From positions 480,001-544,000 of the forward strand of contig CAWDOD010000011.1 of the NCBI GenBank assembly GCA_963803805.1: a stretch of DNA of 64,000 nucleotides, given 5' to 3'. Within the stretch, counting starts at the first letter, position 1, and each line of letters opens with the position of its first letter. Both the position numbers and the translations under genes were made by a program. Shown here one piece after another: positions 31,001 through 39,552 of the stretch. Source of the DNA: an uncultured cyanobacterium (GTDB lineage Bacteria; Cyanobacteriota; Cyanobacteriia; Cyanobacteriales; CAWCAG01). The notes beneath the pieces were generated by a model. The model ran no database searches, was not told where the DNA came from, and was given only the letters and a program-made list of their open reading frames with translations.

Positions 31001-31243
31001 CCCGGACAACATTTTGGTGAAGTTGCTTTATTTGATGATGCCCCCCGGTGGAATGGTGCGATCGCAGTGGAAGATTGTACTTTATTTAAGTTAGAAAAAA
31101 GTAGTTTTATTAGCTTAATTACCCAACGTCCTCACATTGTTTTAGAAATCTGTCGCTTTTTCAGCCAGCGTTTACGAGAAACCGACAAATACTTTCCGGT
31201 TAAGTTATTGGCTGCGTCGGGAGAGTTATTGGGTAATCGCTAA
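28046..31243 (+). CDS. MFS/NTT-like transporter fused to HEAT repeats and a cNMP-binding domain
   Basis: About 12 TM in the N-terminal 410 aa (FLNKVGSEKLP), HEAT-like repeats (LEDHDSQVRQKAAMAL), C-terminal cNMP domain (FGEVALFDDAPR). Confidence 0.8.
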   Translation: MLNQSLEQRFSFSAWKIRRLTRLLILAVSILALNIQVITLASSLFLNKVGSEKLPLFFILIGLVSVPAYALFSPLVDRYSRPQLFRYVLFIGIVVILLMRLAINSGSLVIYYLLFIFASFSWDSQVNILWPSLLNDYLTSLEYKRYTSLIGMAQAVGILLGGALVSVISAYLPTRNILIALPLMYGLVILQLFLLERSERRLESNTKEESVGIWQTLKTFPEQVKNYQIIFFLAASSFLVVILIVIAEYECFSVYSQTFTDDQELTRFLGLLRVVYSVVQLFVLYGFTQPLLQRLGVGTMSLVYPITTLISFISLGLNFSLPAAIATSVNSESLNKSINLPVHNLNYNAVPYQIIGRVRAFSDGFLYALGQISAGVLLWAAHSFLTLVQITWLGIALSLLFFLLRYPMGKKYFESLEGMLRSGSVNLDDISEGLTQLPPQSSSVIKELITSEERYTKIKGLELAIGLGQPSQFLEDVEELFPNAHPDVRDASVKLLSSNPDTETINRCQELLKAQNHSLKALGLEVLIASQHHLDEEQIRSCLKDNSQEIRALASVAATQTEAITNPEIKQTCAKLWQSELDQTTGKAIVRVVAFGGGRELIHPLKEILLRGSGEVIRKGLEALANIARPQDEELAQIAVTQLNHPDPTVRATAFEVLRIARSEEMLNYVVNGLEDHDSQVRQKAAMALAAYGEQGLSLAKESLLSANQNLVEAAIAAIGQIRIRKASDILYDYLSPDFQEISHTRQWQQKIPLHTPSWQPLAIAIADYHQRLIQRVLYVLSCLGHARTVNTVKRLLYSTDKRELANAIETLASLRDRRFVLPLMPILEGLANEEAPGTPISANSFWMRTKGYKLLLEALEAKDRWIRIGALIALAGLSSALSKDPDPLVKAVAKEIFRPLDEQPASLNFFMKRLLLLKKVALFKNLSLDELLLIDRALEQEQFLAGETIFTEGSWGEHFYIIAEGKVRIVKKVEEEERDLTFLIPGQHFGEVALFDDAPRWNGAIAVEDCTLFKLEKSSFISLITQRPHIVLEICRFFSQRLRETDKYFPVKLLAASGELLGNR

Positions 31244-31547
31244 TTGCTAGTTGCTAGTAACATATATAAATCGCTGTCGGTGTCAATATAGAAATGGCGC
31301 GATCGCAAAGACAATCAGGCAGCTATTAGTAAGTTAGGGGAATATAGGCAACTATCTCATTTAGTGAGAACTTACATTAATTTTTGTACTAAGTGGGTTG
31401 ATGGCTTATTTGATTAGAACTTACGCAGTAAAATGACAAATAAAGAGTTGAAGCTATCGGGTTCGTGTGATAGTCAATAGTCAACAGTTTACTGCTTATA
31501 GGTTTCAGTATTCAAAGATATCCCAAGCTTATTGCGTAGTGCTATAC

Positions 31548-34026
31548 ATGAAGTTCCAGAAACAGCCTTTAACTACTAAAGTCGCTACCTCCTTCCTGTT
31601 TCTTTCTCTTCTCACAGTAGGAGTTGTAGGAGGAGTAGCTCATATTAGGGCTAGGGAAGCTCTCAAACAAGCAGCTTTTGACCGACTTAATGTTACTGCA
31701 AGATTAAAAGAAAAAGAAATTGCCCGTTGGTTTGAAAATCAGCAACGGGACTTTCTTTTAACGACTCAATTTCCTGATGTACAAGAGAATCTACAAATAC
31801 TGACTAATCCCACCGCTTCCAAAACTCAACAGCAAGATGCTTATGGCTTACTTTCAAAATACCTTGGTAAAGTAATCACTTTTAAACCTAACTTCAGAAA
31901 AATTTCCCTCCTTAACCGCAGTAACCAAATTATTCTCTCCACCAAAAAAGCGAATGAGGGGAATTATGAAATTGGTACAAACTTAACTTATATTGAGGAA
32001 GTTGAGTCAGGAGATACCTTTGCACCCATCTTTTATGTTTCCCCCATGACAGGCAAACCCGCAGTCACCTTAGCTACACCTTTAAAGAATCAAGCAGGGG
32101 ATCGCCAAGGGATGATTTTAACAGAGCTTAACCTAGAACAAATTGATGGCATTGTCAGAGAAAGTATGGGCTTGGGGGAAAGCGGAGAGACATATTTAGT
32201 TGGTTCACTCATAACTAAAAATGTTTTTATTTCTAAAGCAAATACTCCTAATCCTAACCAACAAAACTCTGAAGGTATAACCAGCCAAGGTATTGATCGG
32301 GCAATGAGTGGCGAAAGTGGTACTCAGTTGTATCGCAATTATGCAGGAGTCCCGGTAATTGGGGTTTATCGTTGGTTGAATGATCAAGATATTGCTTTGT
32401 TGGTGGAAATGGAACAAAAGGAGGCTTTTACTCCAGCTAGAGAGCTTGCTGTCACTATTGTTTTAGTAGGGCTAGCCGCAGCAGCTATTTTGTTGGTAGG
32501 AGTGTATTGGTTATCTCGCCAGTTAACCCTGTCTCGGCAGCAACTGGAAATTAAAGCCCAAGAAGCAGATACTGCAAACCGCGCTAAGAGCGAGTTTTTA
32601 GCGAATATGAGTCATGAATTGCGTACTCCCCTTAATGCTATTCTTGGTTTTGCTCAACTGCTAGATCGTGATACGACTTTAAGTTCTCAACAAAAGGATT
32701 TTTTAGCTACCATTAACCGTAGCGGTGAACATCTCCTCGATTTAATTAATGATGTGCTGCAAATGTCGAAAATTGAGGCGGGTAAAACAGTTTTAGCCCC
32801 AGAAGTTTTTGACTTGCATAGTCTTTTGCAAACTCTCCATTCCCTGTTCCAAGTTAGGGCAGCAGCAAAAGGACTAACCCTTAATTTTCATCTTGATCCT
32901 GACTTACCCCAACATATTCTTACCGATGAAGGCAAACTGCGCCAAGTTTTAATCAACCTGTTAAGCAATGGGATTAAATTTACCCCAAAAGGAAGCGTAA
33001 CCTTAACAGCAAACTGCAAACAATGGCAAAAATCTCTCCCAGCCTATCCCCTTACTTCCTCACCTCCTCAGCCTAAAATCTTTCGTCTGTGTTTCGGTGT
33101 TGAAGATAGTGGCATCGGCATTGCCGAAGCAGAATTAGACCAGCTTTTTCGTCCTTTTGTACAAACAGCTAGCGGTGTCAAAACTCAAGGTGGTACAGGC
33201 TTAGGACTAACAATTAGCCGTAAATTCATTCAATTAATGGGGGGGGGATATTCAAGTTCAGAGTAGTTTGGGAAAGGGTTCTAACTTTCAATTTACCATC
33301 AAAGTTACTATTGCCCAACCAAAGGTAGTTGCAGAATCTTTAACCGAAAGGAGAGTGGTGAAAATTGCTCCTCACCAACCAACTTACCGCTTGTTAGTTG
33401 CTGATGACAAAGAAGAAAATCGTAACCTTTTAGTACAACTGCTGCAAACCGTTGGTTTCCAAACTCAAACAGCTACTAATGGGGCTGAGGCGATCGCCCA
33501 ATGGCAAACCTGGCAACCTGATTTAATTTGGATGGATATGCGGATGCCTGTTGTAGATGGTTATGAAGCAACCAGGAAAATTAAGGCCCAAGCAACTTCT
33601 TCTCAACAAAAAGCTAAAATTATTGCCCTCACTGCTGCGGTTTTTGCAGAACAACAGGAGCATATTTTAAAGGCGGGTTGCGATGATATTGTTCGCAAAC
33701 CTTTCCGGGAAAAGATTATTTTTGAAAAAATAGCTCAACACATAGGAGTTAAATATATCTATGAAGGGGAATCTCAGTCTCCCTTGCCCGAAGCAACCCC
33801 AACAGCCTTAAACTCTGAAACCTTAAAAATAATGCCCCCAGAATGGCAAGAAAAACTCTATCAAGCCGCCGTTGAGGTAGATGGAGAGGCGATTTCCCAG
33901 TTAATAGAGCAAATTCCGTCCCATAGGGAGTCTTTGGTTACAGGACTAGCACAGTTAAATCGCAGTTATGATTTTGATGGGATTATCGAATTGTTGCAAG
34001 GTATGACGAAAAAAATTGACAATTGA
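31548..34026 (+). pseudogene. Cache-HisKA-HATPase-REC hybrid kinase interrupted by a +1 frameshift in a G9 run (may be an assembly error)
   Basis: ANMSHELRTPLNAILG and GTGLGL, then ATG-G8-ATA at 33237-33250. A G8 run would read LMGGDIQVQSSLGKGSNFQF and join the REC ORF 33268-34026. Likely start is the ATG at 31548. Confidence 0.85.
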
Positions 34027-34044
34027 CAATTTGGATTCAACACA

Positions 34045-34171
34045 TAAGCTGTCAGGCATTTAATTTACTTATTAGGTTTGATGGGGAGATAGGGAGATAG
34101 GGAGATGGGGGGAGGGTTTTAGGGCTTATTTCCTAGTTGAGTAATACACAGTTTAAATGCACATCAGCTTA
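34045..34171. mobile_element. MITE-like element, 127 bp, terminal inverted repeats with TA ends
   Basis: Left TAAGCTGTCAGGCATTTAA; the right end reverse-complemented is TAAGCTGATGTGCATTTAA. Interior carries GGGAGAT(A/G) octamer repeats. Confidence 0.7.
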
Positions 34172-34248
34172 CTCTCATGGCAATTTTCATATTTCTATTA
34201 GCCATTAGCAAAAGTAAGAATAAACACTCCTTTATATAGAACTAGTTT

Positions 34249-35004
34249 ATGAATTTTCCGGTTTATTTACAGCTTGGTACTTGGCAAATTCATCCTCATC
34301 CTATCTTTGAATTATTGGGTTATGTAGTTGCTTTCCGCTTATTATTGAGACGTAATTTGCGTCGAGGAGATACTATTTCTTTTAGTCAACGTAGTTCTGT
34401 CGTTGTGGGGGGAATGTTAGGTGCTTTATTGGGAGCAAAGTTATTAGTTTTAATACAACATATTTATTTAATAGAACAAAGCTGGGCAAAATTACTATTA
34501 TTATTGGTACAAGGAAAAACTATTGTTGGTGCATTGCTCGGAGGATTGATTGGGGTTGAGTTAACTAAAAAGATCATAGGTGTAAAACGTTCAACAGGAG
34601 ATGTTTTTGTTTATCCTTTAATTGTTGGTATGGCTATTGGTAGGATTGGTTGCTTTTTAACAGGATTAAGCGATCGCACCTATGGTATAGCCACAAGTTT
34701 ACCTTGGGGAGTTGATTTTGGCGACGGTATTCTTCGACATCCTACACAAATTTATGAAATCATTTTTCTAATTGCCTTGCTGATTAGTTTGAGAATTTGC
34801 CAAAAGTATTTAACAGTTGAGGGGGATTTGTTTAAGTGGTTTATGACAATTTATTTAAGCTTCCGTTTCTTAATTGATTTCCTCAAACCAGATTTTCATC
34901 TCCTATTAGGTTTAAGTGCAGTTCAAATAGCTTGTTTAGCAGGATTAATTTATTATCTAATTAAGCAACTTTCTTCGCAAAAAGCTGAAGAAAAAAACTA
35001 TTGA
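34249..35004 (+). CDS. Prolipoprotein diacylglyceryl transferase (Lgt) family protein, divergent paralog
   Basis: About 7 TM. GRIGCFLTG, LPWGVDF, RHPTQIYE and RFLIDFLK match Lgt motifs. The canonical HGG motif is absent (GKTIVGALLGG at that position). Confidence 0.85.
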   Translation: MNFPVYLQLGTWQIHPHPIFELLGYVVAFRLLLRRNLRRGDTISFSQRSSVVVGGMLGALLGAKLLVLIQHIYLIEQSWAKLLLLLVQGKTIVGALLGGLIGVELTKKIIGVKRSTGDVFVYPLIVGMAIGRIGCFLTGLSDRTYGIATSLPWGVDFGDGILRHPTQIYEIIFLIALLISLRICQKYLTVEGDLFKWFMTIYLSFRFLIDFLKPDFHLLLGLSAVQIACLAGLIYYLIKQLSSQKAEEKNY

Positions 35005-35093
35005 TAATAGAGAGATAGCCAATCTAAAACTCGGCTTCTCGAAAATACTTGGAAAATGGGCTACCTTTACAAATTATAATTGATAACTGAAAA

Positions 35094-36503
35094 ATGCCTA
35101 CTCGTAACTACCTATTCCATTCCTTAACCAATAGTGTTTGTTCCCAATGTTTAACCAAAGTTGAAGCAAAGATTATTTTCCGCAACGATAAAGTTTATTT
35201 ACTTAAAAACTGCCTCCATCATGGTAGAGAAGAAGTTTTAATAGCTGATGATGTTGAGTATTACAAAAAATCCCTAGAATTCATTAAACCAGGAGACTTA
35301 CCTCTCAAGTTTAATACTCCAATTAAATATGGTTGTCCTTATGATTGTGGTTTGTGTCCTGATCATGAACAACATAGTTGTTTGACGTTAATTGAAATTA
35401 GCGATCGCTGTAATCTTTCTTGTCCTATTTGTTATGCCGATTCTGGTCAAGCAGAATTTTCTTCTCTTTCTCAACAGAGGAGAAAACATCGTAGTTTAAC
35501 TGAAATAAATCGGATGTTGGAAGTAATTGTAGCTAACGAAGGAGAACCACAAGTTGTCCAACTTAGTGGCGGTGAACCAACTATTCATCCTGAATTTTTC
35601 GCCATTATGGATTTGGTTAAAACTAAACCCATTCAACATTTAATGATTAATACCAATGGCATAAAAATTGCTCAAGATCGAGAATTTTGCCAGAGATTGA
35701 GTCAATATATGCCGGGGATTGAAATTTATTTACAGTTTGATAGCTTTGAATCAGAATCCTTAAAAGAGTTACGGGGAGTAGATTTAAGAACTATTCGAGA
35801 ACAAGCGATCGCCCACCTTAATGAGTTTAATATTTCCACTAATTTAGTTGTTACTTTGAAAAAAGGACTTAACGACAAAGAAATAGGTAAAATTATTGAA
35901 TATGCGGTAGGGCAAAAAGCAGTACGTGGAGTCACATTTCAACCTATTCAAGCAGCAGGAAGATTAGAAGGATTTGCTCCAGCCAAAGATAGATACACCC
36001 TAACAGAAGTTAGGCGTTCAATTCTAGAGCAAAGTAACTATTTCAAACCAGAAGATATTTTACCTATTCCTTGCCATCCAGACTGTCTAGCAATGGCCTA
36101 TGGCTTAAAAGTAAAGGGTGAGATTATACCTCTAACAAGTTTGTTGCAACCCCAAGAATATGTTGACATTGCCCCGAATAGCATCCTTTATGAACAAGAC
36201 GAAGATTTAAAAAAGAAAATCTTCGACCTATTTTCCACTCGCCATTCTCCTCAATCTGCCACCACTTCCTTAAAACAATTACTTTGTTGTTTACCAATGC
36301 TTCCTGTTCCCCAAGGTATCACCTACGAAAATATTTTTCGTATTACTATTGTCCAATTTCTAGACCGTTATAACTTTGATGTTCGTTCGGTAAAACGCTC
36401 TTGCATTCACATAGTTCATCCTGATGGGAGGATTATTCCTTTTGATACTTTTAATATGTTTTATCGCCCCGGTATTAAAATAGAGAACAGAACAATAAGT
36501 TAA
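35094..36503 (+). CDS. Radical SAM enzyme, tetraether synthase (Tes/GDGT-MAS, MJ0619)-like
   Basis: CSQC...KNCLHHG, GCPYDCGLCPDHEQH, radical SAM CNLSCPIC, QLSGGEPT, NTNG, YLQFD, RGVTFQP, PCHPDC, SCIHIVHPDGRIIPF. Confidence 0.85.
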   Translation: MPTRNYLFHSLTNSVCSQCLTKVEAKIIFRNDKVYLLKNCLHHGREEVLIADDVEYYKKSLEFIKPGDLPLKFNTPIKYGCPYDCGLCPDHEQHSCLTLIEISDRCNLSCPICYADSGQAEFSSLSQQRRKHRSLTEINRMLEVIVANEGEPQVVQLSGGEPTIHPEFFAIMDLVKTKPIQHLMINTNGIKIAQDREFCQRLSQYMPGIEIYLQFDSFESESLKELRGVDLRTIREQAIAHLNEFNISTNLVVTLKKGLNDKEIGKIIEYAVGQKAVRGVTFQPIQAAGRLEGFAPAKDRYTLTEVRRSILEQSNYFKPEDILPIPCHPDCLAMAYGLKVKGEIIPLTSLLQPQEYVDIAPNSILYEQDEDLKKKIFDLFSTRHSPQSATTSLKQLLCCLPMLPVPQGITYENIFRITIVQFLDRYNFDVRSVKRSCIHIVHPDGRIIPFDTFNMFYRPGIKIENRTIS

Positions 36504-36542
36504 AGAGAGTGTTTTAATCTTTGGTATCTCAAATCAAACATT

Positions 36543-36857
36543 ATGTCTCAAAATAATGAAAGCTTCAAAATATTCCTCGGCGTTGTTATTTTATTTGCCT
36601 TTCATATTGCTGCTATTGTTGCTTATTGTCTGATTGCTTTATTGCTAAATACTGGTTTATATGATTCTAGTGTTGCTATCTTTGCCTTTCTAATTTTTGG
36701 TATTGGCATATCCCAAATTATATATGTAATCCCAATAGTAATAATTTTAAGATCCCGTAGAGAGTTTGCTTTAATGAAAGGAGTAATTATTGGTGCTGTC
36801 ATTACCGCCCTCTTAAACGGTGGTTGCTGGTTATTATTGACTCTCCCCTCTACATAA
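36543..36857 (+). CDS. Small 3-TM membrane protein with a C-terminal LLNGGC motif
   Basis: 104 aa with three hydrophobic segments and a basic RSRR loop before the third. Starts 39 nt after the radical SAM gene. Confidence 0.8.
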   Translation: MSQNNESFKIFLGVVILFAFHIAAIVAYCLIALLLNTGLYDSSVAIFAFLIFGIGISQIIYVIPIVIILRSRREFALMKGVIIGAVITALLNGGCWLLLTLPST

Positions 36858-37051
36858 CCAAGGAATCTGAAATAGTAAATGTTTGCTATAGGTAGTGAGA
36901 GTTAAGGATAAAACTTTTGCCTCTTGCCTTCTTCGATTAGCAAGATTTATCTCGTAACTACAATGCTAAAATAACTTCTAACAAGTCAATAATTTAGAGT
37001 CAGCTTTACTTAATCTCTTTTTGTTACCAATAGAGAGAAAAAAGCCAAATA

Positions 37052-37984
37052 ATGAAACTATACCAAAACCCCTCTCAATGGCAAGTAGCAACAATCCTTT
37101 GTATTGGCGTATTTGCTATTTCCACAGCCGCCATCTTTATTCGTTTAGCCATCGAAACTGCTCAAATAAAAGGAATCGGTTTTAGCCTTTTTATTGCCGC
37201 TTCTCGCCTCACCTTAGCTTCTTTAGTCCTTATTCCCACTATCCCTTTTTTAGAGCAAAAAACCATTCCCAAAAAGGGATTTTATTATGCCACTGCTGCG
37301 GGAATTTGCTTGGCTTTACACTTTGCTACTTGGATTACTTCTCTCTCCTTTACCTCCATAGCAGCCTCCACAACCTTAGTAACCACAAATCCGATTTGGG
37401 TAGCCTTATTTTCTTGGCTTTGGTATCAAGTCAAACCCCACAAATTAACCATAATTGGTATTGGCATCGCTTTACTAGGAAGCCTGATTATTGTCGGTGG
37501 TGATACTGGGGAAACAGAGGTTAGTACAAATCCTTTATTAGGTAACTTCCTGGCTTTAATAGGGGCTTGGATGGCTAGTCTTTACTTACTTTTAGCCCGT
37601 GAAGCCCAAAACGAAAGTTTTAGCACTGGAAGTTATGTAACCATCGTTTATAGTACAGCCGCAGTAGTACTTTTGCCTTTGCCTTTACTATTCGGAATAA
37701 GCTACTTTGGTTATCCGAGCGACGTGTATCTCTACATTTTACTAATGGCTATATTATCCCAGGTAGTAGGTCACACTAGCTTGAATTGGGCAGTACGCTG
37801 GCTTTCTCCTACCTTAGTAACCTTAGCAATTCTCCTCGAACCCATCGGCTCAAGTTTAATGGGATTTGCTATTTTTGGTGAAATTCCTCATAATCTAGTC
37901 CTGTTAGGGGCTGGAGTCGTACTAATGGGTGTGGCTTTAGCCATTTTTGGTGTCACAGAAGAAGAGCAAAAAAATTATCCTTAA
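37052..37984 (+). CDS. DMT/EamA family transporter
   Basis: About 10 TM in two repeats; LALHFATWITSL..TSIA, GHTSLNWA, LLEPIGS. Confidence 0.9.
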   Translation: MKLYQNPSQWQVATILCIGVFAISTAAIFIRLAIETAQIKGIGFSLFIAASRLTLASLVLIPTIPFLEQKTIPKKGFYYATAAGICLALHFATWITSLSFTSIAASTTLVTTNPIWVALFSWLWYQVKPHKLTIIGIGIALLGSLIIVGGDTGETEVSTNPLLGNFLALIGAWMASLYLLLAREAQNESFSTGSYVTIVYSTAAVVLLPLPLLFGISYFGYPSDVYLYILLMAILSQVVGHTSLNWAVRWLSPTLVTLAILLEPIGSSLMGFAIFGEIPHNLVLLGAGVVLMGVALAIFGVTEEEQKNYP

Positions 37985-38055
37985 CTAGAAGAATTTGGTT
38001 AAAGTCCCACATCGGGTAATAATTAAAAAGATTGGTTGGTAAAAGGAATCATTGC

Positions 38056-38985
38056 ATGGTAACGACGGACGGACGACCTGCCCCCCCAAAAACGCCCTCA
38101 GTCTTTGATGTTAAGGGTTATTTACAAGAGCAAAAGCAGATTGTTAATCAAGCTTTAGACTGCTCTGTTCCCGTGACTGAGCCGATAAAAATTTATGAAG
38201 CAATGCGCTATTCCCTGTTAGCCGGGGGGAAGCGCCTGCGTCCTATTCTTTGTCTGGCAACTTGTAACATGATGGGAGGGACATCAGAAATGGCCATGCC
38301 CACTGCTTGCGCCTTAGAAATGATCCATACCATGTCCTTAATCCACGATGATCTTCCTGCCATGGATGACGACGATTATCGCCGGGGTAAGTTGACAAAT
38401 CACAAAGTTTATGGTGAAGATATCGCTATTTTAGCAGGGGACGGCTTACTATCCTATGCTTTTGAATATATTGCTACTCAAACTAAAGGTGTAGAAGCAT
38501 CCCAACTTCTCCAAGTCGTTGCTCATTTAGCCCGTGCTGTGGGTGCAGGGGGTTTAGTTGGTGGGCAAGTTATTGATTTAGAGTCAGAAGGAAAGTCAGA
38601 TATTTCCTTAGATACTCTCAACTATATTCATACCCATAAAACAGGTGCTTTATTAGAAGCTTGTGTAATTTGCGGAGCTACTTTAGCGAAGGCATCTTCC
38701 CAAGATACACAAAGACTTTCTAACTACGCTCGTAATATTGGCTTAGCATTTCAGATTATTGATGATATCTTAGACATCACAGCAACTAAAGAGGAACTAG
38801 GCAAAACTGCTGGCAAGGATCTTCAAGCTCAAAAAGCAACTTATCCTAGCTTGTGGGGATTAGAAGAGTCGAGGAAACAAGCCCAAAAATTGGTAGATAA
38901 GGCTATTGCCCAATTAGAACCCTATGGGAAAAAAGCTTTACCTTTACAAGCGATCGCTCAATTTATTACTGCTCGTAAAAACTAA
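38056..38985 (+). CDS. crtE: Geranylgeranyl diphosphate synthase
   Basis: [52 protein letters not shown]. The ATG at 38056 is preferred over the TTG at 38032. Confidence 0.93.
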   Translation: MVTTDGRPAPPKTPSVFDVKGYLQEQKQIVNQALDCSVPVTEPIKIYEAMRYSLLAGGKRLRPILCLATCNMMGGTSEMAMPTACALEMIHTMSLIHDDLPAMDDDDYRRGKLTNHKVYGEDIAILAGDGLLSYAFEYIATQTKGVEASQLLQVVAHLARAVGAGGLVGGQVIDLESEGKSDISLDTLNYIHTHKTGALLEACVICGATLAKASSQDTQRLSNYARNIGLAFQIIDDILDITATKEELGKTAGKDLQAQKATYPSLWGLEESRKQAQKLVDKAIAQLEPYGKKALPLQAIAQFITARKN

Positions 38986-39033
38986 GTTTTCCCTTTTTAT
39001 TTTGCTTAAATTGCCGATTTTAAATGAGATACC

Positions 39034-39489
39034 ATGCAAGATTTTAACAACATCTTAGACAATAATGTCCTACTGATGGCTGTCCTTGCTTGTCTGAGCG
39101 CTCAAGGATTGAAATTGGTGATTGAGTGGATTAGACATCGCAAGGTAGATATTAAGTATTTGGTTAGTACAGGGGGAATGCCTAGCGCTCACTCAGCCTT
39201 AGTTGGAGCCTTAGCCACAGGAGTGGGGCAAACTATGGGCTGGTCTAGTCCTGATTTTGCGATCGCTTGTCTTTTTGCTGTGATTGTTATGTATGATGCC
39301 GCCGGAGTACGCCAAGCAGCCGGAAAACAAGCTCGTATTCTTAATCAAATTATTGATGAGTTATTTCAGGAAGATAAAGAATTTGATGAAGAAAGGTTAA
39401 AAGAATTATTAGGTCATACTCCTTTCCAAGTTTTGGTAGGTTTGGCTTTAGGAATTGGTATTTCTCTGATGTTAGGAAAAATTTGGTAA
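39034..39489 (+). CDS. Divergent PAP2 family protein (DUF212)
   Basis: TGGMPSAHSA, VMYDAAGVRQAAG, LKELLGHTP. Usual neighbour of crtE in cyanobacteria. Confidence 0.9.
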   Translation: MQDFNNILDNNVLLMAVLACLSAQGLKLVIEWIRHRKVDIKYLVSTGGMPSAHSALVGALATGVGQTMGWSSPDFAIACLFAVIVMYDAAGVRQAAGKQARILNQIIDELFQEDKEFDEERLKELLGHTPFQVLVGLALGIGISLMLGKIW

Positions 39490-39552
39490 TATTTAGTTTC
39501 AACAACAACTTAATTGAGTGTACAATAGCTAGCTAAACTCTCCTCACTAAAG

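Noticed and set aside
31467-31547. GTG start for the hybrid kinase
   Set aside because: The ATG at 31548 directly precedes the first TM segment and the extension looks non-coding.
35094-36503. Calling the radical SAM a methanopterin methyltransferase or MoaA
   Set aside because: The methyltransferase label is the older annotation of the MJ0619 family. There is no pterin pathway context here, and the MoaA C-terminal motifs are absent.
35094-39489. Linking crtE (GGPP synthase) to the Tes-like enzyme as an archaeal-type isoprenoid tetraether pathway
   Set aside because: crtE-DUF212 is a standard cyanobacterial pair, separated from the operon by an EamA gene and a 194-nt gap. No GGGP or DGGGP synthase is present in the window.
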